From Isurus oxyrinchus (Eukaryota), in contig JANJGN010000026.1 of assembly GCA_026770705.1 (NCBI GenBank), positions 23,188,001-23,252,000 on the forward strand: a DNA stretch of 64,000 nt. The letters are read 5' to 3'. The notes under the pieces are model-generated. The model saw only the letters and a program-made list of their open reading frames with translations. It did not search any database and was not told the origin of the DNA. The stretch's first letter is position 1, and each line of letters begins with the position of its first letter. Shown one piece after another: positions 10,581-24,019 of this stretch. A program made the position numbers and the translations under genes.

Positions 10581-12509
10581 GATTGTGTTGTAAGGAGCAT
10601 GGAAATGTTCAGTGTGAGAGGCTGCAGTCCCCGTATTGTTACTGCAATGATTAAACACAACTTTTGGTTACACTTCAGCCCCAGGCTTCTAATCTTTGAC
10701 TGCCCAGTGTGGAGGGGTGCGGGTGGGTAAGTCAGAGGATCTTCTCATTGTTACAGACAGAATTCAGGTGGTCCCTTCCAGTCCATAATCAGGATGTTTG
10801 TGTGTCATCTCCTTACCTTCTGAGTGATTTTTCTTAATTTAAAATAAATTCCAGCAGCAGGCTTTCTGGTGATTTTTAAAAGTAAAATAGATTATTTATT
10901 GTCACACTCTTGCCATGGATGTTTAAACGCAACATCTCAATCACTCTTCTCACTCACAGTAGCTCACACACACAAGTTAGATACAGATGAAATTAAAGCT
11001 GTAATTATAAAAATGGAATTTATAACTTAGTCTTTATATCAATATGGGCCTGTTGTCTTCTTGGCTGAACTGATCATTTAGTTGGAGCGAAGGTCTTTTA
11101 GAAGCAAATAATTCTCATCAAACTGTGCATCCTTTTGTCAATGAACAGCCAGGAAATTGGTTCCCAGGTAGATTTGGAAGCTGGAACAAGTACAGTACTT
11201 TGGCTGCATTGGTAGATTTCAGCTATGATGGTTCAGTTGTTTCAGATGTTTCCTGGTGCTTCAGATGTCTTTCAGACACAGATTTGCTTTGTTGAGGTTG
11301 TATTATACTTAAGTCATTGACAGTTAATTCCAGTCGCAAGACTGCAGGGTGAACACTTCTGGGGTCCAGACCACCATAAAACAAAAGAAGTTGATAATGG
11401 TCATTCACTCTTATCTCTGCCCATCCTTGAGCTCAAATATCCTCCTTTGTTTGATATGGCACCCAGAGACCGACAGTATAGAGACTTCATATTCCCACAT
11501 GCCTGTTCATCCTTACACAGTGAGATGTATAAACTTCACAGGTGCCTGTGAAGTTCCCTTATTCAGGTCCATGTTTAATTAAATATTGGCCATGGAATCG
11601 AACGCTGTCCACAGTTTAATGTCCGTAGTTTCATGTTAAGTTGCAGCCATCTTAACAGAGTTTTGTGGCCAGTTTCACAAAGTATGATCTTACAGTCTCT
11701 AATATCCAATATCTCATGCTTGTACTGAGTGGCGTCCTGGACCTGGTTAAAACATTCATTTGTAGATCCAGGATGGATGAGTCCCATGGGGATGGCGGTG
11801 GAGGGGAATCACTCTGGCCACCAACCTATTTTCCGTGGTCTTGGCTGTGCCCAGGTGGCCCTGGAGAGGGAACAGTGTCCACTGGTACGCTTGGTACATT
11901 CCACAACTCGTGGGCACCTCAGGGTACAGTGTCTCAGACATTGGAAACAACATTCTGGTTTAGCTGGGAAAGTTCCCTTTGCTTTTGTTGGGACTTTTTT
12001 TTGCTGATTTTGGTTTCTTTTAGTTTGATTGGGCAACATGATTGGAGGAAACAAGGAAGAGGAAAAATGTTCCATAGAAACTAAAATAATCTGTTCTGAA
12101 TTTCTATCCTGCACTGACAGTGATGACTTTCGTAAACTCCTTTTACAGGATATTAGAATGGGAGGACTTGCAGAGAGAATTTTCAAATCAAACATCTTCA
12201 AGATCTGACAGTCACTCGGTTCATCAGGACCTGAATATTATTGGCCATTGAATGTGGAAGGAGAAATGTTTGTCTGTTCTGTCTGTCGGAAAAGATTTCA
12301 ACCATCAGCGTGACTGGAAAAGTACCAAGACACACACACATCCGCGTGAGTGTCCAAGTGCACAGACCATGGAAAGAGCTTTAAGCAGCTACACAGCCTG
12401 AAAAAAAAATCACACCATTCACAGCGGGGAGAAAACGTGCACGTGTTCTATGTGTGGACGAGGCTTCCATTGATCATTCAACCTAGAGAGACACGAGGAC
12501 ACTGGCACC

Positions 12510-13324
12510 ATGGAGAAACCGTGGAAATGTGGCGACTGTGGGAAGGGCTTCAGATCCCCGTCCGTGCTGGAAATTCATCGACGCAGTCACACTGGGGAGA
12601 GACCGTTCACCTGCTCCGTATGCGGGAAGGGATTCACTTAGTCATCCAGCTTACAAAAACACCATTCACCTGCTCCGAGTGTGGGAAGGGATTCAGTCAA
12701 GTAACTGACCTCACATCACACCATCTTATTCATTCTGACATGAGACCTTTCATATGTGCTGACTGTGAGAAGAGCTTTAAAAGCAAAAAGGTTTTGCTGA
12801 TGCACCAACAAATTCACACCAAGGAGAGGCCATTCACCTGCTCCGTGTGTAGGAAGGGATTCACTCAGTCATCCAGCCTGCTGAAACACCAGAGAACTCA
12901 TACTGGGGAGAGACCATTCGCCTGCTCTGAGTGTGGGAAAGGATTCACCATTTCAGCCCACCTGCTGAGACACCAGCAAGTTCACTCTGACACGAGACCT
13001 TTTAAATGTTCCGACTGTGGGAAGAGCTTTAAAGGCAAGTTGGATCTGCAGATTCACCAGCGCACTCGCACTGGAGAGAGGCCATTCACCTGCTCCGCCT
13101 GTGGGAAGGGATTCACTCAGTCATCTACCCTGCTGAATCACCAGCGAATTCACACTGGGGAGAGGCCATTCACCTGCTCCGTGTGTGCAAAGGGATTCAC
13201 TCAGTTATCTCACTTGCAGAGACACCAAAACACTCACACTGGGGAGAGACCATTCACCTGCTCCATCTGTGGGAAGGGATTCACTTGTTCATCGTACCTG
13301 CTGAGACACCAGCAAGTTCATTAG
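12510..13324 (+). pseudogene. C2H2 zinc-finger unit A (start frame broken; 8 downstream fingers open, one degenerate)
   Basis: The MEKPWKC ATG at 12510 meets TAG at 12639 and a frameshifting deletion. The remaining fingers lie in the frame of ORF 12350-13324. Acceptor AG at 12147-12148. Confidence 0.8.
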
Positions 13325-13579
13325 TGACTGCAGGAGTTGGATTCTGCTGTTATTATGTGTTATGCTGTTACCATGTTCATTCTGACAGTGGAGTTTGTTT
13401 CAGTTGATGTTAATAATCTCTGTAACTAGGTTGGAGTTTAATATTCTGGATATAGGTTAAATAAACCAGCTTTGTGTCAAACACAGTGTTCGAGTCCTTG
13501 ATTTCTCTAAGAGGAGACTGATTGATATCCCGTTACCGACTGTTCCATTTTTTGGGCCTTTTCTCCTTTGTTAATGGAG

Positions 13580-14020
13580 ACTTGTATTTATGTAGCACCT
13601 TTCACAACTTCAGGATGTCCCAAAGTGCTTTGCAGCCAACTGAGTTCTTTTGAAGCGTAATCACTGCTGTAATGGAGAAAGTGCAGTCGCCAAATTCTGC
13701 ACACCAAGATCCCACTAATAGAAATGTGACTTTGACCAAGTAATCTGTTCAGTGATGTTTGTTGAGGGATAAATATGAAGCAGTGCACCAGGGGAGAACT
13801 CCCCTGCTCTTTGGAATAACACTATTGGAACTTTTACACCAACTGAGAGGACAGATGGAGCCGTTGTTGAATGTCCCATCTGGAAGATGGGACCTCTGAC
13901 AATGCAGTGCTCCCTCAGAACTACATCAAAATATCAACCTGGATTTTATGCTCATGTTTCTGGATTTGAACCCACAACCCCCTGACTCATACATAAAAAT
14001 ACAATCACTGAGCCACAACT
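13580..14020 (-). mobile_element. DeuSINE-like tRNA-headed SINE
   Basis: tRNA-like head (tgtggctcagtg..gggttcaaatcc), Deu-like core (gagggagcactgcattgtcagagg) and L2-like tail (gtgaaaggtgctacataaatacaag). Confidence 0.7.
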
Positions 14021-14227
14021 AACACCTCATCATTACTCCAGATTATTTCAGCCCTCATACCTTCGGTTACTCTCATGGACGAGTGGAAGATTTTACTCTG
14101 GGAGTCACAGATTACCCAAAAAGTGGGTCCAAGTCCTAGGTGATCTTAAAGCATTTTATTAAGAAGCAACAGTTTACATATGATATATCAGTTAAATAGG
14201 CAGAAAGAACATACAGCCCATAACAGG

Positions 14228-14783
14228 TGAGAATGGTTTACTGGTCCCGGTGTGGACAAATGGATGGGGAGATGCAGGGGGGGAACCTGATCTCCATGGC
14301 TGGAGGTGACAGTCTCCTCGGAATGGTTTATGGGTCCCGGATCAGGGAGATCCTGATCTCCATGGTTGGAGGTGACAGTCTCCTCGGAATGGCTTACTGG
14401 TCCTGGATCAGGGGGATGCTGATCTCCGTGGTTGGAGGTGACAGTCTCCTCGGAATGGTTTACTGGTCCTGGATCAGGGGGATGTCGTCTCCATAGCTGG
14501 AGGTGGCAGTCTCCTCGGAATGGTTTACGGGTCCCGGATCAGGGGGATGCTGATCTCTGTGGCTGGAGGTGACAGTCTCCTCAGAATGGTTTACTGGTCC
14601 CGGATCAGGGGAATGCTGATCTCCGTGGCTGGAGATGGCAGTCTCCTCGGAATGGTTTACTGGTCCCGGATCAGGGGAATGCTGATCTCCGTGGCTGGAG
14701 ATGGCAGTCTCCTCGGAATGGTTTACTGGTCCTGGATCAGGGGGATGCTGATCTCCATGGCTGGAGATCATAGGCTCCTCAGA
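14228..14783. repeat. 66-bp minisatellite, ~8 copies
   Basis: Unit ggaatggtttactggtcccggatcagggggatgctgatctccgtggctggaggtgacagtctcctc, starting at 14320, 14386, 14452, 14517, 14583, 14649 and 14715. Confidence 0.95.
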
Positions 14784-14789
14784 ACTTTT

Positions 14790-16800
14790 TCAAATGTTAC
14801 AAATCACACCTGCACACTCACATCGGTATGCTAGTATCATGCCACATATGCTCCATCTGATACAAACTACTCTTGAACTTTCAAGTGATCTTATTGAAGG
14901 ATCAAAAGGAGTATCTGACTGAAGATCTTTGCTTATGGTTCTGATGCCTTGGGTAGTGGCCAGACCTTCTCTGAGTTTCATTAGAATGTACTTGGCCACC
15001 AGATTGATCTATTCTATTGAACTATACCCAAGGTAGGGAGAGGGGGTTATTCCAATTCCCATTTGGTGGTATAATTTACTCTATCTTTTATTCTCAGTGG
15101 GGCATCGCATTAATTACCATTCTATCTCATTCATGAGCCATGGAGGAACTTTGCCATCCAATTTAATATTCTCATAATATGGTGTCATTGGATCAGAGAA
15201 AGAAGTCTAGGTACTTGTAATCAGTTTGGAGATAACTCCCATTCTCAAGTACTTTGTCTTTAAAGATAACAAATGGGATAAAGCCAAATTTTTAGTTCAA
15301 AACATCACGTCATTGGAAAGGGTTAACTTTTCTGCATGTTTGCAAAAGCACAGAGCAAACATTCTCAAATGTGCACATGGAAACGTTACATAACTTCTTC
15401 AGATCAAAGATGAATGAAACTACCCTTTTAAACTTATTTTTCTAATTTTGTTTTTTATCTTTGCCCAAATTTTATTCTTTTGTTTGATTCTCTCTTCAAG
15501 TATTTTTCCAAATAACTGTGTTAAAACTGAGGAAAAATAAAATTTAAAAAGTTAGCTTTTCCTGTTAAACAAAAGATTCAACCTTCTTAGACCAACAAGA
15601 GTTAAAGGAGATGGAGCTTCCCACTGGTTATGTTTCAACTCTGAAACATAACCTGAAACCTAAAGTGTTTCTTCCATGAAGCAAACCTTTCAATGCCTTT
15701 TACAATCGTACAAGTAATTTGTACTTAAAGATTTACTTTTACTTAGTAATTATAACGTTTCACTTCTCTCAGCACCTAAGTTGGTGGCATTTTCGCTTAA
15801 ATGCCAATTGGTTCCAAATTTTTTAGCTTCTTCCTTGAAAGAATTTATGAATCTTTGAGCGTTGCGATGCCCTGCATTAACAATGACTGGACATTGTTTC
15901 AAATGTATGGTGTACTCTCAGCAGGGTAAGGACACTGCTTCATGGGAGGATGTATCAGTCTGCTAATATCTTCCGGTTTGGTCAAGTCTCCACAACCATG
16001 TAAATGCACCTGGCACAGATTTGAGAACTGCCTGGACCTCAGGATCATCAGAGGTGACGGGTTCGTACTCTTCTGCAAAGCCTGATAAAACTTGGGGCAC
16101 ACCTTTCATGGGGTCAGGGGGGAAGATCGTGGATTATTGATGGCCTTCATTATCAATAGTACAGAATACCGTCTCCCACTATCATGTCAGAGAGGGGAAA
16201 CAACTCTGTGGGAGCCCTGCTGAAGTCACTGGGAGTCTAGAGGTATGTGCCTGGGGTACCTGAGACACCGTGACAGCCAGCAAAACTCTATTACTAATTC
16301 ACCGAATCTCTATCGCTGCCTCCATTCTTTCCATCCACTGATCAACAGGATCAGGACTTTCCTGTGCAGGGGGAGGGGGAAAGCAGGACTCACTGTTACT
16401 GTCAGTCTCCACACTGCACCTATTGTGACGGTGACGGGCATAGTGGCCCAGGCGGTTACAATTAGGACAATGCACCGAGTCATCCCTTCCTGGCATCAAG
16501 TTCCTGAATGGTCCAGATTTCTGGCCAGGCAAGGGTCTTTCTCTTCGTGGGTGCTAGTGGAGTTATCACGGGTCTGTTCATGGACCTATGGGAATGTTGA
16601 AACAACTCGTCCCAGGTGATTGTCATAATGTCATAAACACCCCACATGCTACAGACTCATGGCTGGAGACCTTTCAGAAAAAGACCCTTGAAGCTGAAGG
16701 AGTGAGAACAGTTCACTGGTCCCAGACAACAAACAGATGGATGATGCAGAGTAAGTGCTGGACTCCGTAGCTTTTGGCAGTGGTCTTTTATGAACAGTTT
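14790..16800 (-). mobile_element. Decayed ERV/LTR retroelement interior (gag zinc knuckle, possible env-like segment)
   Basis: CPNCNRLGHYARH knuckle in ORF 16299-16532(-). Segment 15000-15430 is homologous to 28370-28810(+). Confidence 0.45.
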
Positions 16801-17034
16801 GTTGGTGTGAACCAAAGTGTGGGTGTTGTACTGGAGCCAGTATGGATCAGTTTGGAAGTTTCTTCCTGGTCAAAGAGATTTTTTTTTTTTCCTCTCAAGA
16901 ATGTGTTAACCTTTACACAGATTAATGCTCTGGGGACCTGGGTTTGAATCCCACTATGGCAGATGGTGACATTTGAATTCATTAAAAAAAAAACTGATGC
17001 CCATGGAATCATTGTCATAAAAAACCCATCTAGT

Positions 17035-19266
17035 TCAGTATTCGGCTCTGTAGGACTGGTTTGGCCCGGACCTGCTAGAAGTGTACGAGAGTATGCTCCT
17101 GGCTGGCAGTATGTCAGAATCCATGAGGAAAGGCATTATCACCTTCATCTACAAGCACAAGGGGGAAAGGGAGGAAATTAGAAATTGGCGACCCATTTCA
17201 CTGTTGAATGTGGACTGTAAGATTCTGTCCAAGGTCATCGGCAATCGGGTCAAATCTGCTCTGGAATTGGTGATCCACCCTGACCAGACCTGCACTGTGC
17301 CGGGCAGGAAGATCTCTGACAGCCTCATGCTGCTCAGGGATACGATTGCCTATGTACAGGACTGGGGGGTGGACACCTGCCTCATCAGCCTGGATCAGGA
17401 GAAGGCCTTTGACAGAATATCGCACACCTACATGGTGGATGTGCTCTCCAAAATGGGGTTTGGGGAGGGAATTCGCAATTGGATCCAACTGCTGTACACT
17501 AACATCAGTAGTGCAGTCTCAATCAATGGGTGGGAATCAGATAGCTTTCCTATTAAATCTGGAGTCAGGCAGGGCTGCCCTCTCTCGCCTGTTCTTTTCA
17601 TGTGTTGCATAGAACCCTTTGCTGAGTCCATCAGGAAGGATCCGGGCATAAGAGGAGTGACGATCCCAGGTAGTGGAGGCACTCAGATCAACGTCTCCCT
17701 GTACATGGATGATGTTGCCGTTTTCTGCTCGGATCCGCTGTCGGTGCACAGACTTATCCACATCTGTGACCAGTTCGAACTGGCCTCGGGAGCCAATGTA
17801 AATCATGGGAAGAGCGAGGCCATGTTCTTTGGGAAATGGGCTGACCGATCCTTTGTCCCCTTCACTGTCAGGGCTGATGGCCTGAAGATGCTGGGGATAT
17901 GGTTCAGAGGGACCAGGGCACGCATTAGAAACTGGAAGGAGCAAGTGTCAATGGTGAAAAAGAAACTGGGCATGTGGGATTGACGCTCCCTCTCCATTGT
18001 GGGTAAGAACCTGGTCATCAGGTGTGAGGCACTCTCGCTGTTGCTGTACGTGGCGCAGGTCTGGCCCATTCCACACTCCTGTGTGGTGGCGATCACCCGA
18101 GCCATCGTCCACTTTATCTGGGGGTCGAAAATGGATCGTGTCCGCAGGGACACGATGTACAAGCCTCTAGATAAAGGGGGAAAAAACATGCGCAACATCG
18201 CCCTCATACTCCTGGCCACCTCTGTGTGCGGCTGCATCAAGCGGTGCGTAGACCCTCAGTATGCAAACACCAAGTGTCACTACATGCTGAGGTTCTACCT
18301 GTCCCCATTGTTGCGAAGGATGGGTCTGGCCACGCTGCCACGGAACGCTCCAAGTAGTTGGACTGTGCCGTACCACCTGTCCCTCGTGGGAAAATCTATG
18401 CAGAGAAACACCTTTGAGCACAAGTCCATCAGGCAGTGGTCGGCACGTAATGTCTTAAAGGCCCTGAAGGAAAAGGAGAGGGTGGATCCTGTGGGATAGT
18501 TCCCTGAGCAGACTGACAAAGTCATTTGGCAGAATGCCTCATCGCCAGAACTTTCCAACAAGCACCAAGATGTAGCTTGGCTGGTGGTGAGAAAAGCCCT
18601 CCCTGTCAGATCCTTCCTACACGCCAGGAGTCTCACCCCCTCGGCACGTTGCCTTCGAGGTGGCTGTGGTGGGGAAGAGGCCGTTGTTCATCTCCTTGTA
18701 GATTGTGCCTTTGCAAAGAAGGTCTGGAGAGAGATGCAGTGGTTTCTGTCGAAGTTCATCCCGAGCAGTTCTGTGACACAGGACTCTGTGCTCTACGGGC
18801 TGTTCCTAGGGACACACACCGAGACAAGCATCAACTGCAGTGGAGGATCATCAAATTGGTGAAAGACGCTCTTTGGTCTGCCCGAAACTTTTTGGTTTTC
18901 CAGCGCAAAGAGTTGTCCCCGACGGATTGTTGCAGACTAGCACATTCCAAAGTCCAGGACTACGTGCTGAGGGACACAGTTAAGCTTGGGACAGCCGCTA
19001 CAAAGGCACAATGGGGAAGGGTCGCTGCCTAAGACCTTCTGCCACAGTGCACTGAGGGACTGGGAACTGTGTAGAGCCCCTCAGGCTGTACAGCCCAAAA
19101 TGAATGTCTGCCAATGATTGTAATATTCATTGTTTGTACTGATACACCTTGTGATACATGTTATAAAAGTTGAACCTGATTGTACCCTTGTAATGGCGAT
19201 TTTGAAATGGTTTGGAACATGGTTGAAGATATTTTATGAATAAAGTATATTTTTGCAAAAAAAAAG
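17035..19266 (+). mobile_element. Tx1-clade LINE, 5'-truncated ORF2 (RT plus zf-RVT) with 3'UTR and poly(A)
   Basis: NWRPISLLNVD, LDQEKAFDR, GVRQGCPLSP, YMDD and HLLVDC motifs. Stops at 17981 and 18497. AATAAA at 19239 and an A-run at 19257-19266. Confidence 0.93.
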
Positions 19267-20316
19267 TTAGAGAGAAACTTAATACTGTCATCATTCTGAA
19301 CACAGACTATGAAGGAATAACTATGTCAAAGAAAATCTTATGTAGTATGTGTGGAGGGAGTGTGCTGAATCGGGTTGTAAGGGGTTAAATATTTTCTACA
19401 TTAGAGAGTCATGTTAAAAAAAAACTGGAACTCAAATGTGAATATGGATTAGTGTTAAATGGGAAGATCTGGATCAATGTATTAATACAGAAAGCCTTAA
19501 AATCAGACTGACTGTATGTCAGAACTAATCCTGTGATAGCACCAATCCCATTGTTATCTGTTGATAAGACAGATGGAACTCTTGATGGAGACCATAGACA
19601 TGTTGGAGGATGATATACACAGGAACTATCTGAGGATAATATTGAGGAGAAAGGAAAGGGTCTGGAAAGCAGCAGATACTTCATGTTATTACAAAATAAA
19701 TGGGGACTGGTTGTATTGATATCAGGTTTTACACAACACTCACATGCACACACTCACAGACATACAGTGGGACACTACCTATCTGATCAGGCGGATAACA
19801 TTTTGCCTGACACCAACCAACCTGACGGATATTGGGGTATGGGCCACAATATTCTAGAAATTCAACTAAGCATTACCCTGCAGGGACTGCAAGCAGTTTT
19901 GGCCATCCAGTTCCATCCCTTTCTCTGAACTTTAAATCTACAGTGAACAACATTTGGGACAGAATCAATAACAAAGCGTTAACAATGAGCTGTCACTCTG
20001 GGTGATCAGCACCATCCTCCCCACCCCCCAACCATCCCCTCCCTCCCCCGGGAGATAGTGAAAAATACAGTTAACATTCCGGGATAATTACAGATTCTGC
20101 TTTCCTCCTGGTATTAGAGATGATGCTAATTCCCCTTATATTGATGGTCTGGTTGAAGGTCAGGCCACAGAGCACCATAGATGGAAAGATGGCAACAAAC
20201 TCCCTGTAAATCTAGCCCTCTGATTTTGGTTTTGTTGCCATCTTTCCATCCATTCTGCTCCCTGGCCCTTCACTCCACATGGCCTGATTTTGGTCATCTT
20301 GTAGATTGTACTTAAT

Positions 20317-20455
20317 AAAAGCAAAGAACTGCGAATGCTGGAAATCCAAAACAAAAACAAAAATACGTGGAAAAACTCAGGTCTGACAGCATCTGCGGGA
20401 GGAATACAGTTAATGTTTCAAGTCCGAATGACTGTTCATCAGAACTAAGGAAAAA
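20317..20455 (-). mobile_element. Short Penelope tail insertion with canonical CUGAUGA hammerhead core
   Basis: Minus strand 20408-20446 reads AGTT CTGATGA A CAGTC attcg GACTT GAAA CATT AACT. Direct repeat tacttaat at 20309-20316 and 20456-20463. Confidence 0.75.
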
Positions 20456-21689
20456 TACTTAATGTTGTGGATAGCAAGTTGGTTACAAAATAGAAAACAG
20501 AAGATGTTAAGAGTAGCTAGTCAGACTGATAAAAGGGTGGACCTGGTTGGAACACCAATTTAAAAATTTGGGAGCAGAATTACAGTAAATCGCAGATAAG
20601 AATTCCCAAGAAACAAAACTTTGTAGCACAGTTCATTAAATCTTTAATTCAATAGTAGACTGAATAATGACATGGGAAGTGATATATTTATTAATTAATT
20701 GATTATGAAATTCAGCTAATGCTGAAGAAAATTGCAACAAAATCCTTGTATCTAACATGTAAACATCATTAAAATAAGACATTTCTCAAAATTGCTGCAA
20801 GTCCCTCTCTATTTAGAGGTAAATGACTATTTTGTAATTGTCCCAACAGCTAAACAGAACCTGCGAACTTTTCCATGTGTTATTTTGATACAGACTATTT
20901 ATTTTTAACTATATTTAACTTAAAGTTGCTATGGCAATACAAGCTGTTGGTAATATTGGCTTAAAGTAGTGGACTCAGGACAGCACCTTAAAAATTTCAC
21001 AGAATAATCACCACAGTCACTTTTAAACTGGTGACTTAATCCTGTCGCTTTAGTTTCTGTCAGGAACAGGACACTGTTTTACATCAATCTCTGATTTAAT
21101 GGCATGTTTCCAGACTGCCTGATTCAGGTTGTACAACCACAGTTGTAAAACAGCCTTCTACTCGGTGCATCGGAGCTTTGAAACACGATGGTTATATAAA
21201 AAAGGAGGGTTAGATTTACAGGGAATTTGTATTTTTCCATCCATTTTTCTATGTGGCCTTGGACTCCTCACAGCCTGACCTTTGTCATCTTTAGACTGTA
21301 CATACTGCACAGAAAGATATGGGACACATTTCTTACACACCTCAGGATTCACCCACCTTTGGGTTTTGCTGTCAGTGAAGCAAGATAAGAAAGATCGAAG
21401 TGCCGTTTTTTCCTCTCAGTGTGACCCTGAAGAACGGTGTCCAGGCTGAAGTTCTGTTCCTGCCATATGATCCTCCCCCATATTGTCCTTTCTGAGTTCC
21501 AATCAGATGAGGCTAAACACTCAGATGGGAAAGACAAAAATGTACAACAATCTGCAATATTAAAGAGCAGCCCATTTATATGGTTCATTAACATCAGCAG
21601 AAACAAAGCCAACTGTCAGAATAAAATAATTCAATCCTGATCATGATTAACAGCAGCAAAGCATGCAGAATCCAACCCCTACAGTCACT

Positions 21690-22330
21690 TGTGAACTCGC
21701 TGGTGTGTCAGCCAGGAGCCTAACTGAGTGAATCCCTCCCCACACAAGGATCAGGTGAACGGCCTCTCCACTGTGTGAACACACTGGTGTGTGAAGAGAT
21801 CCTTTTTAGTTTTAAAGGTCTTCTCGCAGTCAGTATATTTAAAAGGTCTTTTATTAGTGTTAACAAGCTGAAGTGTCAGAAGGTGGGATGACCAAATGAG
21901 TCCCTTTCCACATGCAGTGCAGGTGAATGGCCTTTCCCCAGTGTGAATTCACTGGTGTGTCAGCAGGTCATATGAATTACTGAATCCCTTTCCTTCACAT
22001 AGAGCAGGCGAACGGCTTCTCCCCAATGTGAACTCGCTAGTGTGTCAGTAGTTTGGATGGCCAATTAAATCTCTTCCCACAGACAAAGTAGGTGAACAGT
22101 CTTTCCCCAGAGTAAATGCATAGGTGTTTCAAAAGTCTGGATAGTTGATTAAATCCCTCCCGATATGGGGAACAGACAAGTGGACTCTCCCTTGTGTGAA
22201 TGCGTTGGTGCATCAGCAGGGATGATGAATTAGGGAATCCCTTCCCAAACACAGAGCTGGTGTATGGCCTCACCCTACTTTGACTGTGTTGAATTTCCAG
22301 CCTTAATGGGGAAATCCTACTTTTCAAATA
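21690..22330 (-). pseudogene. C2H2 zinc-finger unit B (decayed)
   Basis: ORF 22037-22327(-) has degenerate fingers and in-frame stops follow. Acceptor module at 22331-22395 and 3'UTR block at 21595-21690. Confidence 0.85.
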
Positions 22331-24019
22331 TCCTCTAAAAGGTGTTTACAAAAGTCAGTAGAGGATAGAAATTCAGAACAGACAATTCTAGTTTAATTCC
22401 TTTTTATAATTTGTTTATGGAATGTGGACATCACTGGCAAGGACAATATTTGTTGCCCATTTCTAATTGCCCTTGGAAGGTAATCGTGATCCAGTTCTGG
22501 AACTGCTACAGTCTATGTGGTGTACGTGCAGTGACAGTGAAGGAATGAACTCTGACAAGAGAAAGGTTATGATGAAGCAGCTGAAGATGGTTGGACTTAG
22601 GACACCATCCTGAGGAACTCCTGCAGAAGTGTTCTGGGACTGAGATGATTGGCCTCCAACAAACATAATCATCTATCTTTGTGCTATATATATTTCCAAG
22701 CAGAGTTTTCCACACTGATTCCAATTTTACTGTGGTTCTTGATGCCTCGCTTGGTCAAATGCTGCTATAATGTTAGAGGCAGTCACCCTCACCTCACCTC
22801 TGGAGTTCAACTCTTTTGTCCATGTTTTTACCAAGGGCTTTAATGAGAGCTGGAGCACTGTGGCCCTGGTGGAACTGAAACTGAGAATCAGTGAGTAGGT
22901 TTTTTATGAGTAAAAAACCAGAACTAGAGAAACAATGAGTTCAGAAAATGATACGATTCAGACAGAGGGCATCCAGCTCATCATGCTCATTCTGGCTCCA
23001 ATTTACTGCCTTTTGTCTGCTGATGTGCAATTCTTTCCAATTCAAGAATTTATCACTTTATGAAAGTTACTATTGAATTTATTTCCGTCATCATTTCAGG
23101 CAGTGGATTCGGATCATGTCTGTAATAATGTCTCATATCCACTCATGCTCTTTTCAATGTTAACTTAAACCTGAGCTGACTATTCACCAATCCTTCTGAC
23201 ACTGGAACTAGTTGTTCCTTATTAAGAGAGTTGGAGTCTCCAGGAGGTCACAGAGACAGGGAGGGGTGAGGTCATGGAGAGTATTAAACAAACGGACAAG
23301 AAGTTTAAAGGCTGAAGACACCATGCATCTCCCCCAATATGGAATGTGGATCACTAATTATGGAAAGGATGCTTATGTAACGACTAAACATGTAGAAAGG
23401 TGAGAAATTATCCCTCTAAATATCACATATGGATGCATAATGAGGGACAAATGAATCCCCATATCTTTAATTAACAGCAATATGGAAAGGTGAATCACCT
23501 TTAAAGGAATTACCTTTAAACATCAGATCCAACTAGTGATGAAGAATCTGACACCAGAAAAACAAAATACCAACAATTAAGCTGTTTTTTAATGAAAGAA
23601 ATCTGGAATAAATTTTTAAAAGATAATTTGTTTATCGGTATTCATACAGACCCATTTAACTCGTCAACTCAGGTTCCAGCTGTCAAGCCCTGTAATTTTA
23701 CACAGAAGCCACTTCTCCATTGATCCTCCAGCCTCTGAATTCCATTTCCTGTTGGTTCCCAGGACAATTGTTCACCACTCACCAATATTCCACGTTCAGG
23801 GGCTGGGAGGAAGAAATAAACTGTGGCCATGAATTAGCGGGAACACAGTTAGATAAACATGAAGAAAAACACCTTTTATAATTATCAAATTAATTATTTG
23901 TAGTAACATATTCATTTGGAGAGACTGATGGAGTGGGAGTAGATAATGTTCACTGTTTCCTCCAATGCTATTTTTCAATGATTCTGACAGATTAATATTC
24001 TTCTGTTGATTCAATCAAT

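Noticed and set aside
10749-11657. Possible solo LTR (TGTTA..TAACA); similar candidate at 28810-29965
   Set aside because: No TSD was found and the boundaries are uncertain.
14227-14834. Repetitive ORFs (GMLISVAGGDSLL..) as a protein-coding gene
   Set aside because: They are a by-product of the 66-bp unit, the frame breaks at a 65-bp unit, and no gene structure is visible.
21100-21612. Possible host exon or retrocopy downstream of unit B
   Set aside because: The short ORFs contain no motif I recognise and cannot be supported without a database search.
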